A stretch of 40,209 bases of DNA from Bacteroidota bacterium (GCA_041180785.1 JBEGQV010000087.1:1-40209), one strand, 5' to 3'; numbered from the stretch's first letter, positions 10,019 to 19,918 are shown. Numbers and translations: made by a program. Notes: generated by a model not told the origin, from the sequence alone.

Positions 10019-10711
10019 ATGATTTTTACCCCAAAAGCCATATTTTTTGATTGGGACCATACCCTTTGGGACCATGATGCCAATGCAAAAGAATCGTTGT
10101 CGGAACTTTTTCACGACTTTGAATTGTCAAAAAAAAGTATTCATACCTTTGAATCATTTTTTTCCTTGTATCAACAAATCAATCACCAGCTTTGGGAAGA
10201 TTATCAATACGGTAAAATCGATCAGCAAACCCTTCGAGAAACGCGCTTTAAAAAAATCTTTGATGCCATTGAGGTCGTTGGACCCCATATTGAATTTGGA
10301 GATGAATTTTTACATCGGACCCCCAGAAAAACAATGATGATTCCGGGTGCGGTTGAACTCATTGAAAAATTAGCGACTAAGTATCCATTGTTTGTCTTGA
10401 CCAATGGTTTCAGTGATGTCCAAGATATTAAAATTTCAGGCTCAGGCCTGAAAGGTTATTTTGAACATATTATTACGTCTGAACAAGCGAATGCTAAAAA
10501 ACCGGATGCGGTTTTTTATCAGTACGCTTTATCACTTGCTAAATGCAAGCCGGAAGAGGCGCTTATGATTGGCGATCATGAAAAAATTGATGTTTGGGGT
10601 GCTGAGCAAGTAGGAATTCCTGCTATTCATTTTTGTGAAAATGGCACGTTTAGTCTAGCCTCTCGAAAGATTAGTCATTTAAGTGAGTTGTCCAGATGGA
10701 TACAATGCTAG
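10019..10711 (+). CDS. yjjG: YjjG-family HAD noncanonical pyrimidine nucleotidase
   Basis: FFDWDHTLWD, LTNGF, KKPD, MIGD..D motifs. Start moved to ATG 10019 because of the motif position and the promoter. Confidence 0.85.
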   Translation: MIFTPKAIFFDWDHTLWDHDANAKESLSELFHDFELSKKSIHTFESFFSLYQQINHQLWEDYQYGKIDQQTLRETRFKKIFDAIEVVGPHIEFGDEFLHRTPRKTMMIPGAVELIEKLATKYPLFVLTNGFSDVQDIKISGSGLKGYFEHIITSEQANAKKPDAVFYQYALSLAKCKPEEALMIGDHEKIDVWGAEQVGIPAIHFCENGTFSLASRKISHLSELSRWIQC

Positions 10712-11331
10712 TCGAACAGACTTAATTGCGCGTCATTTGATTTTCGATCAAAAATCTTTTTATCTCTGATGAATTTTTTGTTTTCCTCCAAAAAGTGAAT
10801 GAAAGATTCTATTTCAATGAAGAGGGGATTAAAGTCGTACGAATTTAAATAATAACTTTCTGTATAGACTTCGTTAAAATCCGTAATCACATAATCCAAT
10901 TGTTCGATCCCATATTTTTGTAGACCTAACAAATATAGGTTTTGATGATTTGTCAAAAAACGATTCGGGGTATAATAATTCGTTGTTTTGAGGTCATAAG
11001 CGGACGACTCGCCAACGATGTCTACATAGCCATAAATCTGACTATTTTTATGCCGCGCCTCAACAAAAAATTGTGTTTTATACTTTGCAGGTAATAAGTT
11101 TCTTGTTTTTTCAATGATGGATTCGTTGAAAAAATCCTCCCCTTGGCCTAAAGTCACCGCCTTTTCAAAATCGATACCTTTTTGTTGAGCACCGGTCGTT
11201 GGTTTTTTAACTCGATTGATGCGTTCAATCAATTCAATTTCATCCACAAGTACCTTTCCATTTGAATCTTTTGTTTGATTCAAATACATGGAAAAAGAGT
11301 TTAACAGGGTCGGATAGAAACGATAGATCAT
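10708..11331 (-). CDS. Putative PD-(D/E)XK-superfamily nuclease with C-terminal beta-clamp-binding motif
   Basis: KGIDFEK helix, GYVD...YDLKTT, downstream Q..Y motif; ends QLSLFD. Confidence 0.6.
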   Translation of the reverse strand: MIYRFYPTLLNSFSMYLNQTKDSNGKVLVDEIELIERINRVKKPTTGAQQKGIDFEKAVTLGQGEDFFNESIIEKTRNLLPAKYKTQFFVEARHKNSQIYGYVDIVGESSAYDLKTTNYYTPNRFLTNHQNLYLLGLQKYGIEQLDYVITDFNEVYTESYYLNSYDFNPLFIEIESFIHFLEENKKFIRDKKIFDRKSNDAQLSLFD

Positions 11332-11335
11332 CTTA

Positions 11336-11638
11336 TTAGCCTATTTGTAATCGCTCGACAACTTCGTTGTTCTGTAAGTGTTTTTCAACAATTTCTTGAA
11401 CATCTTCCAATTGTACATTTCCATAAAATACGCCTTCTGGATAAACAACCATTCCCGGACCTTTGCCACACACATCCAAACATCCAGCACGTTGAATGCG
11501 TATTTTTTTAGAAGAACCAGTTGTTTCCCACGTTTCTTTGAATTTATTTACTAAATCCATTCCATGTGCAGAGCCACAGCATTTTTTCGGAGCGTCTTTG
11601 TCGTTTGTACAAATAAATACGTGTTTTTCGTAAATCAT
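11336..11638 (-). CDS. Thioredoxin-like [2Fe-2S] ferredoxin
   Basis: HVFICTN, CC, AGCLDVCGKGPGMVVYPEGVFY. Start placed at MIYEK, 2 nt after the xth stop. Confidence 0.92.
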   Translation of the reverse strand: MIYEKHVFICTNDKDAPKKCCGSAHGMDLVNKFKETWETTGSSKKIRIQRAGCLDVCGKGPGMVVYPEGVFYGNVQLEDVQEIVEKHLQNNEVVERLQIG

Positions 11639-11640
11639 AA

Positions 11641-12405
11641 TTAAAAAGATAATTCTAAAGAAATAGGACAATGATCTGAATGTATTGCTTCCGGATGAAT
11701 CTGTGCATGTCGGATGGCATTTTTTAGGGAATCGGTTACCATGTGGTAATCAATTCGCCAACCCAAATTTTTTGCGCGCGATCCTGCCCGGTAACTCCAC
11801 CAACTGTAATGATGAGGGTCTGGATTGATGTGTCGAAATGAATCGACAAAACCACTCTCAATAAATTTACTTACCCATGCTCTTTCTTCTGGTAAAAATC
11901 CAGATGTATTGGCATTGGATTTTGGATTATGGATATCTATTGCCGTATGGCAAATATTATAATCTCCCGAAATTACTAAGTTTGGTCTTTCTTGTCGTAG
12001 CGTATGTGCATATTGGTAGAAGTCGTCCAACCAATTCATTTTGAAAGACTGTCTTTCATCCCCTGATGTTCCGGATGGCATGTAGACACTCATGACGGAG
12101 CAATGTTCAAAATCTGCACGGATAACACGGCCTTCTAAATCGTATTTGGAAATGCCACATCCAATTTCTACATGCAAGGGTTGTATTTTTGTAAAAATTG
12201 CTACCCCAGAATATCCTTTTTTTTCTGCTGAATGCCAAAACGTTTGGTAGCCTAAGGCTTCTATTTCAGAAAGATCAACTTGTTCTTTTTCTGCCTTCAC
12301 TTCTTGTAAACACAAAACATCTGGATTACTTTCTTTTAGCCAATCTAAAAAGCCTTTTTGTAAGGCTGCTCGGATGCCGTTTACATTATAGCTTTGAATT
12401 TTCAC
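11641..12405 (-). CDS. xth: Exodeoxyribonuclease III (AP endonuclease)
   Basis: SYNVNGIRA, LCLQEVK, GDYNICH, YSWWSYR, GWRIDY, SDHCP. Confidence 0.96.
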   Translation of the reverse strand: MKIQSYNVNGIRAALQKGFLDWLKESNPDVLCLQEVKAEKEQVDLSEIEALGYQTFWHSAEKKGYSGVAIFTKIQPLHVEIGCGISKYDLEGRVIRADFEHCSVMSVYMPSGTSGDERQSFKMNWLDDFYQYAHTLRQERPNLVISGDYNICHTAIDIHNPKSNANTSGFLPEERAWVSKFIESGFVDSFRHINPDPHHYSWWSYRAGSRAKNLGWRIDYHMVTDSLKNAIRHAQIHPEAIHSDHCPISLELSF

Positions 12406-12770
12406 GAAAATACTTCTGCGTTAAAATAGTGAATGATATGCGCTTTGATGAGCAACTCTTGCTCTTTTAAGGGTAGGGAAGGTACGTTGTTGACTAAGTC
12501 CCAATGTGGCCATCCTTCCGAATCTTGTCCTGCAAGTTGGTAGAATCCTGAAAAGCTTAACACTTTGCAAGTAGCAATGTGCATTAAATCTTGTTTTTGC
12601 TCTTTGGTAAAAAATTGGTGTCCTTTACCAAGTTCTTGCACGCCAATGATAAAGAGTACCGCATCTACATCGGCAGGTCGTTTGCCAAAAGTATTTTCCA
12701 CAAAGTCTAGGATAGATTCCCAGTCCTTCTGTACACTTTCTTTGTCAAAATTCATATTATTTGATGGCAA
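12402..12770 (-). CDS. Conserved Bacteroidota hypothetical protein
   Basis: LFIIGVQELG, KEQKQDLMHIA, DSEGWPHW; overlaps both neighbours. Confidence 0.8.
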   Translation of the reverse strand: MPSNNMNFDKESVQKDWESILDFVENTFGKRPADVDAVLFIIGVQELGKGHQFFTKEQKQDLMHIATCKVLSFSGFYQLAGQDSEGWPHWDLVNNVPSLPLKEQELLIKAHIIHYFNAEVFS

Positions 12771-13368
12771 TGCTGAACTTAGCAGATTCTAATAAGGCTT
12801 GTTCTCCTTTTGTGTTGTAGGTAATCAAGATTAAATTACCTTCCACAACATCTTCAGAAAGTTTGGAAATATTTATTCTTCCAACTCCACTCAATACGCC
12901 ATCAGCATTGGGTAAAGTAGCCACATAAAAATTATCTTTATCTTGATAATTATTTAGGTTTTTAATGATATTTCCGATGTTATTGTTCTTACCGTTTCCT
13001 GGAATAAAATAGGTGCCCGGGCCGGTTACATCTTGAAGACGTAGGTATACGGATTCTAAATTTTGTTCATCGGTGGCCTTGATGGTCAAAACAGGAACCC
13101 CACCTTCTGTGGTATATTCTGCAGTGGCATTTTTCGTTAACAACCGATGCGAGGCTTCGGTTCCAAACTCAATTTTACCCATAAAGGAGGATTCTAACTG
13201 TTTTTTCTTACTGAAGGTATTCTGATAAGAAAATAGCATGACAACCAAAAATAAGCCAGAATATAATAAATTGACAGGGTTCTTTGCGAAAAATACATAA
13301 AGCCTTCCTAGTATATTTTTACTAGAAGAATTGCCTAAAAAAGAAAATAGTGACTTTTGGCTTTTCAT
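12757..13368 (-). CDS. Hypothetical membrane-anchored beta-rich protein
   Basis: One hydrophobic segment, then a beta-strand-rich domain (GPGTY, GRINISK..VEG). Start is uncertain (ATG 13368 or TTG 13386). Confidence 0.7.
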   Translation of the reverse strand: MKSQKSLFSFLGNSSSKNILGRLYVFFAKNPVNLLYSGLFLVVMLFSYQNTFSKKKQLESSFMGKIEFGTEASHRLLTKNATAEYTTEGGVPVLTIKATDEQNLESVYLRLQDVTGPGTYFIPGNGKNNNIGNIIKNLNNYQDKDNFYVATLPNADGVLSGVGRINISKLSEDVVEGNLILITYNTKGEQALLESAKFSIAIK

Positions 13369-13411
13369 GGGTTTACACGGCTTCAAATATTGGTAGTGGT
13401 CTTTCCAATTA

Positions 13412-13419
13412 CAAAATTA
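13412..13419 (-). promoter_or_regulatory. -7 promoter element for the hyp-hyp-xth-fdx-nuclease operon
   Basis: TAATTTTG on the minus strand. Confidence 0.55.
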
Positions 13420-13498
13420 GTTATAAGGTTTTAAAACAACCAAATAAATATCTGTTTTTTTAGGTAATTTTACTGAAATAAAAAATTAAGCTAAAAAA

Positions 13499-14734
13499 AT
13501 GAAGTCATTTTCAATTCCAACCCTTTTTAAAAGTGATTTAATTGGAGGTATAAAAGAAAAAAGACGGGTAAATGATAAGTTGAAAAAGGATTTTTCTCCT
13601 TCATTTTTTAATTTTGGAAGTGTTCAAATTATTTTATCTCGTCATTTTGGGTTTTGTTATGGCGTAGAAAATGCAGTTGAAATAGCCTATCGTGTGATTG
13701 AGGAGCATTCAAGCAAACGCATTTTTGTATTGTCTGAAATGATTCATAATCCTGCAGTAAATGCCGATTTAATAGATCGAGGACTACGTTTTATTCAAGA
13801 TACCAAAGGAAATCAATTGATACCTTGGGAAGAATTATCGCGGGAGGATATCGTGATTGTTCCAGCCTTTGGAACATCGATTGAAATTCAAAAAAAATTA
13901 GAATCGATTGGCATTAATCCGTATGCCTATGATACCACATGTCCTTTTGTTGAAAAAGTTTGGAATCGGGCAAACTCTATTGGAAAAAATGATTACACGG
14001 TAATTGTACACGGAAAACCTAGTCATGAAGAAACAAAGGCTACCTTCTCGCATTCGAAGGAAAATGCACCTACTTTAATTTTAAAAGATATGAAAGAAGC
14101 AAAAAAATTGGTTCCTTTCATTAAAAATGAAAAAAGTGCTGCTGAATTTTATACAACGTTTGCCGGACAATATTCACGTGGATTTGATCCTGTAAAACAT
14201 TTAAAGAAAATTGGGGTCGTCAATCAAACCACAATGTTAGCCTCAGATACACAAGAGATCGTCGAATTGTTAAAAGAGGTAATGGTTGATTATTATCAAT
14301 TGGATTCATCCAATGTGACCAATCACTTTGCAGATACTCGGGATACGCTTTGTTATGCTACGAATGATAATCAAAATGCAACTTATGGTTTATTAAAGGA
14401 ATCTGCTGATTTGGCGATTGTTGCTGGCGGATATAATTCGTCCAACACTTCGCATATTGTGGAGTTATGTCAACATCAATTACCTACTTATTTTATTAGT
14501 TCTGCTGATAAATTAATTTCTTCCAACGAAATCCTTCATTTTGATTTTCACCATAAAGTAGAGTTGAAATCTGAGAATTATTTACCTAAAAAGGATCAGG
14601 TAAAAATTATGTTAACTTGCGGAGCCTCTTGTCCGGATGCAGTGGTGGAGGGAATTTTCAGAAAGTTAGTTTCGTTTTTTCCAGATGCAAAAAATATTGA
14701 AGAAACCGTTCAGCGTTGGCTAGAAACAAATTAG
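13499..14734 (+). CDS. ispH: 4-hydroxy-3-methylbut-2-enyl diphosphate reductase
   Basis: GFCYGV, EMIHNP, DTTCPFV, NQTT, TLCYAT, GGYNSSNT, GASCPD. Confidence 0.96.
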   Translation: MKSFSIPTLFKSDLIGGIKEKRRVNDKLKKDFSPSFFNFGSVQIILSRHFGFCYGVENAVEIAYRVIEEHSSKRIFVLSEMIHNPAVNADLIDRGLRFIQDTKGNQLIPWEELSREDIVIVPAFGTSIEIQKKLESIGINPYAYDTTCPFVEKVWNRANSIGKNDYTVIVHGKPSHEETKATFSHSKENAPTLILKDMKEAKKLVPFIKNEKSAAEFYTTFAGQYSRGFDPVKHLKKIGVVNQTTMLASDTQEIVELLKEVMVDYYQLDSSNVTNHFADTRDTLCYATNDNQNATYGLLKESADLAIVAGGYNSSNTSHIVELCQHQLPTYFISSADKLISSNEILHFDFHHKVELKSENYLPKKDQVKIMLTCGASCPDAVVEGIFRKLVSFFPDAKNIEETVQRWLETN

Positions 14735-15615
14735 AAAGGTTTTAAAATGGTTTCAATGGTTGGTATATACCCTTCCCCAAATAAATTTACATGTACTAAT
14801 AAGTGGTATAAATTGTAGTAAGGGATTCGGGTGTGAAAGCCTTTTTCTAAGGGAAATACCTCATGATATGCCCCATAAAATGATTCATCAAAGCCACCAA
14901 ACATCGTTGTAAAAGCTATTTCAGCCTCTCTGAATCCAAAATAACAGGTTGGATCCACCAGGGTGGCTAATCCTTTTTCATTGACCATGGTGTTGCCTGT
15001 CCATAAATCTCCATGAATCAATGCGGAAGACTCTTTGGGGAAAATGGAAGGGATTTCTGTAAAAAAGTGTTCAAATTTTTTCACTAATTTGTTGTCAATT
15101 TTGCGATCGTAAAGTGCTTTCTCCATTTGAAAAACTAAGCGATTTTCAATGAAAAATTGAATCCCGTCTGCGTTCCAATCATTTTTTTGCTCACTAGCTC
15201 CTATAAAATTATTGAAATCTAGTCCAAAACCTTTTGGATGAGTGGTTCTGTGAAGCGAAGCTAAATGGATGCCTAAATCAGTAAAATATTCAGACGATTT
15301 TTCAATGGAATGAATACTTTCCATGATGAGAAATTCTTTTTCCTGATGGGTGCCAAAGGCAATTACCTGAGGAACTGATACAGTTTTTGTGGAGGCAAGT
15401 AATTGTAAATTTTTCGCTTCGGCTTCAAATAATCCTTTATGTTCTCCCAGATTCCATTTGATGAAAAATTCTCCTGAATCAATTTTAATCCGCACAGCCA
15501 AATTAAAATTACCCCCATAAAAAAATTCTAATTCTTGAATTTTACCCGCATTGGGTATGTGATTCTGAATAATTTCTTCAACAAATTGGTATTGTTCCTT
15601 TGGTTGCTGCGACAT
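14731..15615 (-). CDS. Fructosamine kinase family protein
   Basis: FFIKWN, FEAEA, LIHGDLWTGN, DP..YFG.REAEIA, YNLYHLLVH. Confidence 0.93.
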   Translation of the reverse strand: MSQQPKEQYQFVEEIIQNHIPNAGKIQELEFFYGGNFNLAVRIKIDSGEFFIKWNLGEHKGLFEAEAKNLQLLASTKTVSVPQVIAFGTHQEKEFLIMESIHSIEKSSEYFTDLGIHLASLHRTTHPKGFGLDFNNFIGASEQKNDWNADGIQFFIENRLVFQMEKALYDRKIDNKLVKKFEHFFTEIPSIFPKESSALIHGDLWTGNTMVNEKGLATLVDPTCYFGFREAEIAFTTMFGGFDESFYGAYHEVFPLEKGFHTRIPYYNLYHLLVHVNLFGEGYIPTIETILKPF

Positions 15616-15620
15616 TTGAC

Positions 15621-16127
15621 TTATTTCTTTTTAAATAGGGGAACCGTACTGCACGGCTCTCCAAAAAATAAACTTTTGGCAATAGGTTGTAATTGCGTAC
15701 TTAAATAAATATATGCAGATAATGGCACACTTTCTTTTGAACATCCTTTAACAACTATTTTACCATCTTTAAATTGTTCTTTGGGTAAGTTGTCAATGAC
15801 ATCCTTAAATAACTGATTTTCTAAATCCTCTAAATTTCCTTCCACAATTTTGTTGGCAAAGGGAGCTAAATGAATTCCAATGAGCATAAAGGCCCAAGTA
15901 GGAATGATGGCATCATTTGAGCATCCAACTGCAACATTTGTTCCTTTGTATTTCGACCAATCATGCGATGCTAAAAAGGCTCTAAAATCTTTTTCCTTAA
16001 GTACTAGTTCCTGAAAAAGTAGTGGCTTGATGTCAAAAAATATACGTTCTCCTTGCGGACGTAACTTCTCCAAGTCAAGCTGAATGAGTCCTGAATTAGC
16101 AACTTTATTCATAATTTCAGTTTCCAT
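15621..16127 (-). CDS. DUF2480 family protein
   Basis: NKVANSGL, LKEKDFR, HDWSKY, DAIIPTWA, KGC, FGEPCSTVP. Confidence 0.85.
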   Translation of the reverse strand: METEIMNKVANSGLIQLDLEKLRPQGERIFFDIKPLLFQELVLKEKDFRAFLASHDWSKYKGTNVAVGCSNDAIIPTWAFMLIGIHLAPFANKIVEGNLEDLENQLFKDVIDNLPKEQFKDGKIVVKGCSKESVPLSAYIYLSTQLQPIAKSLFFGEPCSTVPLFKKK

Positions 16128-16811
16128 TTATCGTAATTTTTTGGGTTGAGTGCCCATAAATTCTTTCAAATAGGTGGGTTCTATGGTAACAAGATTTTCA
16201 AATTTTTTGTTCAAATAAGCCGCATGGGCCATCCGGCCCATGAATTTTGCATGGGGGTACTCAAAATTATGCTCGAAAATGATGGCTGGATTGGGACAGG
16301 TATCTTTCCATTTTCCCGCACCATTGCCAAAGGCAATGATTTTTGTTGCTTCATCCATTAAAAAATCATCAGATAAAATTTTTGCCTGCGTGGGTAGTAT
16401 TTCTTCTCCATTTGCATGCAAGAGGCAGGTGTATACTTCCATTCTGCGGGCATCCAACATGGGGCATAAAATTTCATTTGGGTATTTTATACGAGCTTCT
16501 TCTGCCATGATGTGCAAAGTTGGTAGACAAATGAGAGGTAGATCGTTACCGTAACACAATCCCTTGGCGGTGGACAATCCAATCCGTAAACCAGTATAGG
16601 AGCCTGGGCCGTTTGAAACTGCAATGGCATGTACATCAGCAAGAGAAATAGACGATTCGTTGCAAACCTCTTCGATTAATAACGTTAACATTTTTGAGTG
16701 CGAACCTTCGTCTGTTAATAATCGATCACTTACAACTTTTCCATCTTGAAAAAGTGCAACAGAACAATGATTGGTAGAAGTTTCTATGCCAAGAATGTTA
16801 ATTTTTTCCAT
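16128..16811 (-). CDS. tsaB: tRNA threonylcarbamoyladenosine biosynthesis protein TsaB
   Basis: ILGIETS, GPGSYTGLRIG, DARRMEVY, EPTYLK. Start corrected to ATG 16811. Confidence 0.95.
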   Translation of the reverse strand: MEKINILGIETSTNHCSVALFQDGKVVSDRLLTDEGSHSKMLTLLIEEVCNESSISLADVHAIAVSNGPGSYTGLRIGLSTAKGLCYGNDLPLICLPTLHIMAEEARIKYPNEILCPMLDARRMEVYTCLLHANGEEILPTQAKILSDDFLMDEATKIIAFGNGAGKWKDTCPNPAIIFEHNFEYPHAKFMGRMAHAAYLNKKFENLVTIEPTYLKEFMGTQPKKLR

Positions 16812-18474
16812 TTTTGGTAAGGATTTGTTGATACGAAGATGGTTTATTGAGTAATTGAATCCCTTCTTGAATGGATTTGTCTTTTGAAATGGACCACTCC
16901 TTCGCGCCATTTTGTAGGTAATAATGGGTAATAATTTCTTGTTCAATCAACTCCTTGATTTCTGTTTTGTATTTCATCATCAGGTGGTCGAGATTCAGGT
17001 CTTCACTGTTTTTTAAGGTAGCAATTTGACTCATTAATTGTTGACTCATTTTTTCGTTTTTACCGACCTCTTGCAACTCTTTAATCTTGGCAGCTAATGG
17101 ACTTTCGTAGCTAAATTTTTTGAGTTGAACGAATTTTATGAATGATTGAAAATCGGTATCTGCCAACTTAAATTCTTTTGGGGAATCAATTTGACCATGC
17201 GATTTATAAAAATCTAGACTATATAAAAAGAACAAATCTTTGGTGTAAAGCGCTTTTAGGAAGTCTAAATCCAATTCGTTACTTACAAGAATATCAGGTT
17301 GAATACCACCAGAATCTTTTACAGGTCGTTTGTTTTTAGTGTAAAATGTTTTCGCACTTGAATCTGTTAATCGAGTACCTTTTCCATTTTCGTTTTTGTG
17401 CTGGTAATCGATGGCTTGGATGCATCGTCCACTTGGGATGTAATATTTGGCAGTTGTAATTTTTAGTTTAGTACGATAGGGAAGATCACGCGTAATTTGC
17501 ACGAGCCCTTTTCCAAAGCTTTTTTGACCAACTACTACCGCTCGGTCATAATCCTGCAACACTCCCGCTACAATTTCAGCAGCTGATGCAGAATAACCGT
17601 TGATTAACACGACCATCGGAATCTCTGGATCTAAAGCACTATTAAGGGTTTTGTAGTTTTTATTCCATTCTTCTACTTTTCCTTTGGTTTCGACAACTTT
17701 CAGGTCTTTTGCTAAAAACAAATTACAAACATCAACTGCTTGAGTTAACAATCCTCCTGGATTACCCCGTAAATCCAGAATGAGCTTTTTCATCCCTGCC
17801 TTTTTTAGATCTAAAAATGCCGATTTAACTTCTTTCGCTGCGCTTGCATTAAAATCATCTAGTTGGATATATCCGGTTGCATTTTCTAGCATTCCGTGAT
17901 AGGATACATTTTTTAACACTACTGTTTCTCGAGTAATTTTGATATCAACAGATTGTTGACTCGATGCTTTTAAGATGGTTAAGTTTAAATCAGTTCCTGC
18001 TTGTCCCTTGATTAATTTAGAGGGATCCATGGACGTGTTTTGAGTCAAATCTATTCCATTTATGCGAAGAATTTGATCGCCTGTTTGGATGCCAGCATGA
18101 AAGGCAGGGCCTTTTTCTTCCACCTGAGTAAAGTAAAATTTATTTTCAATTTTTTCGACGACGACTCCAATTCCCTGGTATTTTCCGGTGGTCATGGTAA
18201 GAAATTCTTCTATTTCATCTTCCGGATAGAAAACCGTATACGGGTCGAAACCCTTGAGTAGGGCATCAATAGAAGTTTTAATGGATTTACTTGGGTCAAC
18301 CTCATCGACATAGAATTTATTCAATTCTTTGATGACAGATGCATAGATTTCTAAGTTTTTGGCAATCTCAAATAATCGATTGTCGGATGTAAAGGCAAAA
18401 ATGCAAAGTGTAAAAGAAAGAATTCCGCCAAGTAGCCATGCTCTTAATTTAGTTGTTTTCGGCATTGGTTTCAT
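16798..18474 (-). CDS. S41 family C-terminal processing peptidase (CtpA/Prc-like)
   Basis: PDZ domain, LDLRGNPGG, SASAAEI, SFGKGLVQ, KYYIPSGRCIQ. Confidence 0.95.
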   Translation of the reverse strand: MKPMPKTTKLRAWLLGGILSFTLCIFAFTSDNRLFEIAKNLEIYASVIKELNKFYVDEVDPSKSIKTSIDALLKGFDPYTVFYPEDEIEEFLTMTTGKYQGIGVVVEKIENKFYFTQVEEKGPAFHAGIQTGDQILRINGIDLTQNTSMDPSKLIKGQAGTDLNLTILKASSQQSVDIKITRETVVLKNVSYHGMLENATGYIQLDDFNASAAKEVKSAFLDLKKAGMKKLILDLRGNPGGLLTQAVDVCNLFLAKDLKVVETKGKVEEWNKNYKTLNSALDPEIPMVVLINGYSASAAEIVAGVLQDYDRAVVVGQKSFGKGLVQITRDLPYRTKLKITTAKYYIPSGRCIQAIDYQHKNENGKGTRLTDSSAKTFYTKNKRPVKDSGGIQPDILVSNELDLDFLKALYTKDLFFLYSLDFYKSHGQIDSPKEFKLADTDFQSFIKFVQLKKFSYESPLAAKIKELQEVGKNEKMSQQLMSQIATLKNSEDLNLDHLMMKYKTEIKELIEQEIITHYYLQNGAKEWSISKDKSIQEGIQLLNKPSSYQQILTKNGKN

Positions 18475-18853
18475 TCGATTCGCTTAATTGTTGTAAAATT
18501 TGAGTCATTTTCCTTTCGATTTTTTGAAAAGACTCAATGGTTTTACCAATATAAATAAATGCTAGATATTGTGGTAGTGTTTTGCCATTTATTTGATGAA
18601 AAAAGGGTTTTTGGAGTCGGTATGCCTCACGTGTTCTACGCTTGAGGGTATTTCGATCGACCGCTTTTTTAAACCTTCTTTTCGAAATTGAAATGAGGAT
18701 TTGAGGAGCTGAATATTCCTTTTCTTGGGATAGGTACAAAACACGAAAAGGATAAACAAATTGTTGAGAAACAATTGGGTTATCCTTTTGAAAAAGTATT
18801 TCGATGACTTTTTTTTGGTGTAAGCGCTCTGATTTAGGGAAAGTGAAATTCAC
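18449..18853 (-). CDS. rnpA: Ribonuclease P protein component
   Basis: TFPKSERL, KKAVDRNTLKRRTREAYR; follows rpmH. Confidence 0.93.
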   Translation of the reverse strand: MNFTFPKSERLHQKKVIEILFQKDNPIVSQQFVYPFRVLYLSQEKEYSAPQILISISKRRFKKAVDRNTLKRRTREAYRLQKPFFHQINGKTLPQYLAFIYIGKTIESFQKIERKMTQILQQLSESNETNAENN

Positions 18854-18904
18854 GGCATGTAATGTTTAATAAGCCGAAATGCCCTCTCTAAAAGCTATAT
18901 TGGC

Positions 18905-19060
18905 TTATTTACCTCTTTTTTCGTCAGATACAGACAATTTATGACGTCCTTTAGCACGACGAGCAGTTAATACTCTACGTCCATTTGCCGTTGACATTCT
19001 CTCACGGAAACCGTGCTTGTTTTTTCTCTTTCTTACCGATGGTTGAAATGTTCTTTTCAT
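18905..19060 (-). CDS. rpmH: 50S ribosomal protein L34
   Basis: Hand translation [51 protein letters not shown] (51 aa). Confidence 0.98.
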   Translation of the reverse strand: MKRTFQPSVRKRKNKHGFRERMSTANGRRVLTARRAKGRHKLSVSDEKRGK

Positions 19061-19103
19061 TGCTTTACTTATTAAAACCTAAATTAGGTCTGAATTGGGT
19101 TTG

Positions 19104-19164
19104 CAAAGGTATGGATTTTTTATAAAATATCAAATGTTCGACAAAAAATAATTTTATACCTTTG
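19104..19164. promoter_or_regulatory. Divergent promoters (rpmH / glycosyltransferase operon)
   Basis: TACCTTTG on the minus strand at 19104-19111 and on the plus strand at 19157-19164. Confidence 0.7.
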
Positions 19165-19168
19165 TTCT

Positions 19169-19918
19169 ATGTTAAAAGTATCCATCCTTACGGCGAGTTT
19201 TAATTGTGCGTCAACTATTCGGCAAACCATTGAAAGCGCGCTTGCCCAAGATTATCCAAATATTGAATATTGGGTCATTGACGGTGGATCAACAGATGAA
19301 ACGCTCTCCATTCTAAAGACTTTTGAAGGACAAATAAATTATATTTCTGAGCCCGACAAGGGGATTTATGATGCCATTAATAAAGGATTAGAGCGGTCGA
19401 CAGGAGATATTATCGGTATGATTGGTGCCGATGATTTCTATCCATCTAATGATGTGATTTCTGCTGTAGTGAAATCTTTTGAACAGACTAGTGCTTTAGC
19501 CCTATATGGTGATAAACAATATGTGGATGCTGATAAGACCGATAAAATCGTTCGAAATTGGGTAGCGGGACCCTACCAAAACTCCAATTGGTTAGTCGGG
19601 TGGATGCCTCCGCATCTTTCCTTTTATACCTCTCGAAAATTACTCGAGCAAACAGGTAAGTACCGTACTGATTTTACCTGCTCAGGTGATTACGAATGGA
19701 TGTTGCGGGCCTTGTATAATAAGGAAGTAAAAGTTACTTATTTACCAAAGGTTTTAGTGAGAATGCGTACAGGAGGAACGAGTAATGCAAGTTTTAAGCA
19801 TCGTTTAAAAGCTAATTTAGAAGATCGGAAAGCCTGGGAAATAAATGGCTTGAAACCCTACTTTTTCACCTTGTTTTTAAAACCTTTACGGAAAATAACC
19901 CAATTGTTGATTATATAG
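19169..19918 (+). CDS. Family 2 glycosyltransferase (WcaE-like)
   Basis: IDGGSTD, EPDKGIYDAINKG, ADD, GWMPPH, DYEW, MRTGG. Confidence 0.93.
   Translation: MLKVSILTASFNCASTIRQTIESALAQDYPNIEYWVIDGGSTDETLSILKTFEGQINYISEPDKGIYDAINKGLERSTGDIIGMIGADDFYPSNDVISAVVKSFEQTSALALYGDKQYVDADKTDKIVRNWVAGPYQNSNWLVGWMPPHLSFYTSRKLLEQTGKYRTDFTCSGDYEWMLRALYNKEVKVTYLPKVLVRMRTGGTSNASFKHRLKANLEDRKAWEINGLKPYFFTLFLKPLRKITQLLII

Noticed and set aside
9164-12405. Prophage or defence island suggested by clustered nucleases
   Set aside because: No integrase, structural genes or att-like repeats were seen; the neighbours are ordinary housekeeping genes.
16812-16946. N-terminal extension of TsaB
   Set aside because: It overlaps the S41 peptidase gene; the family N-terminus begins at ATG 16811.
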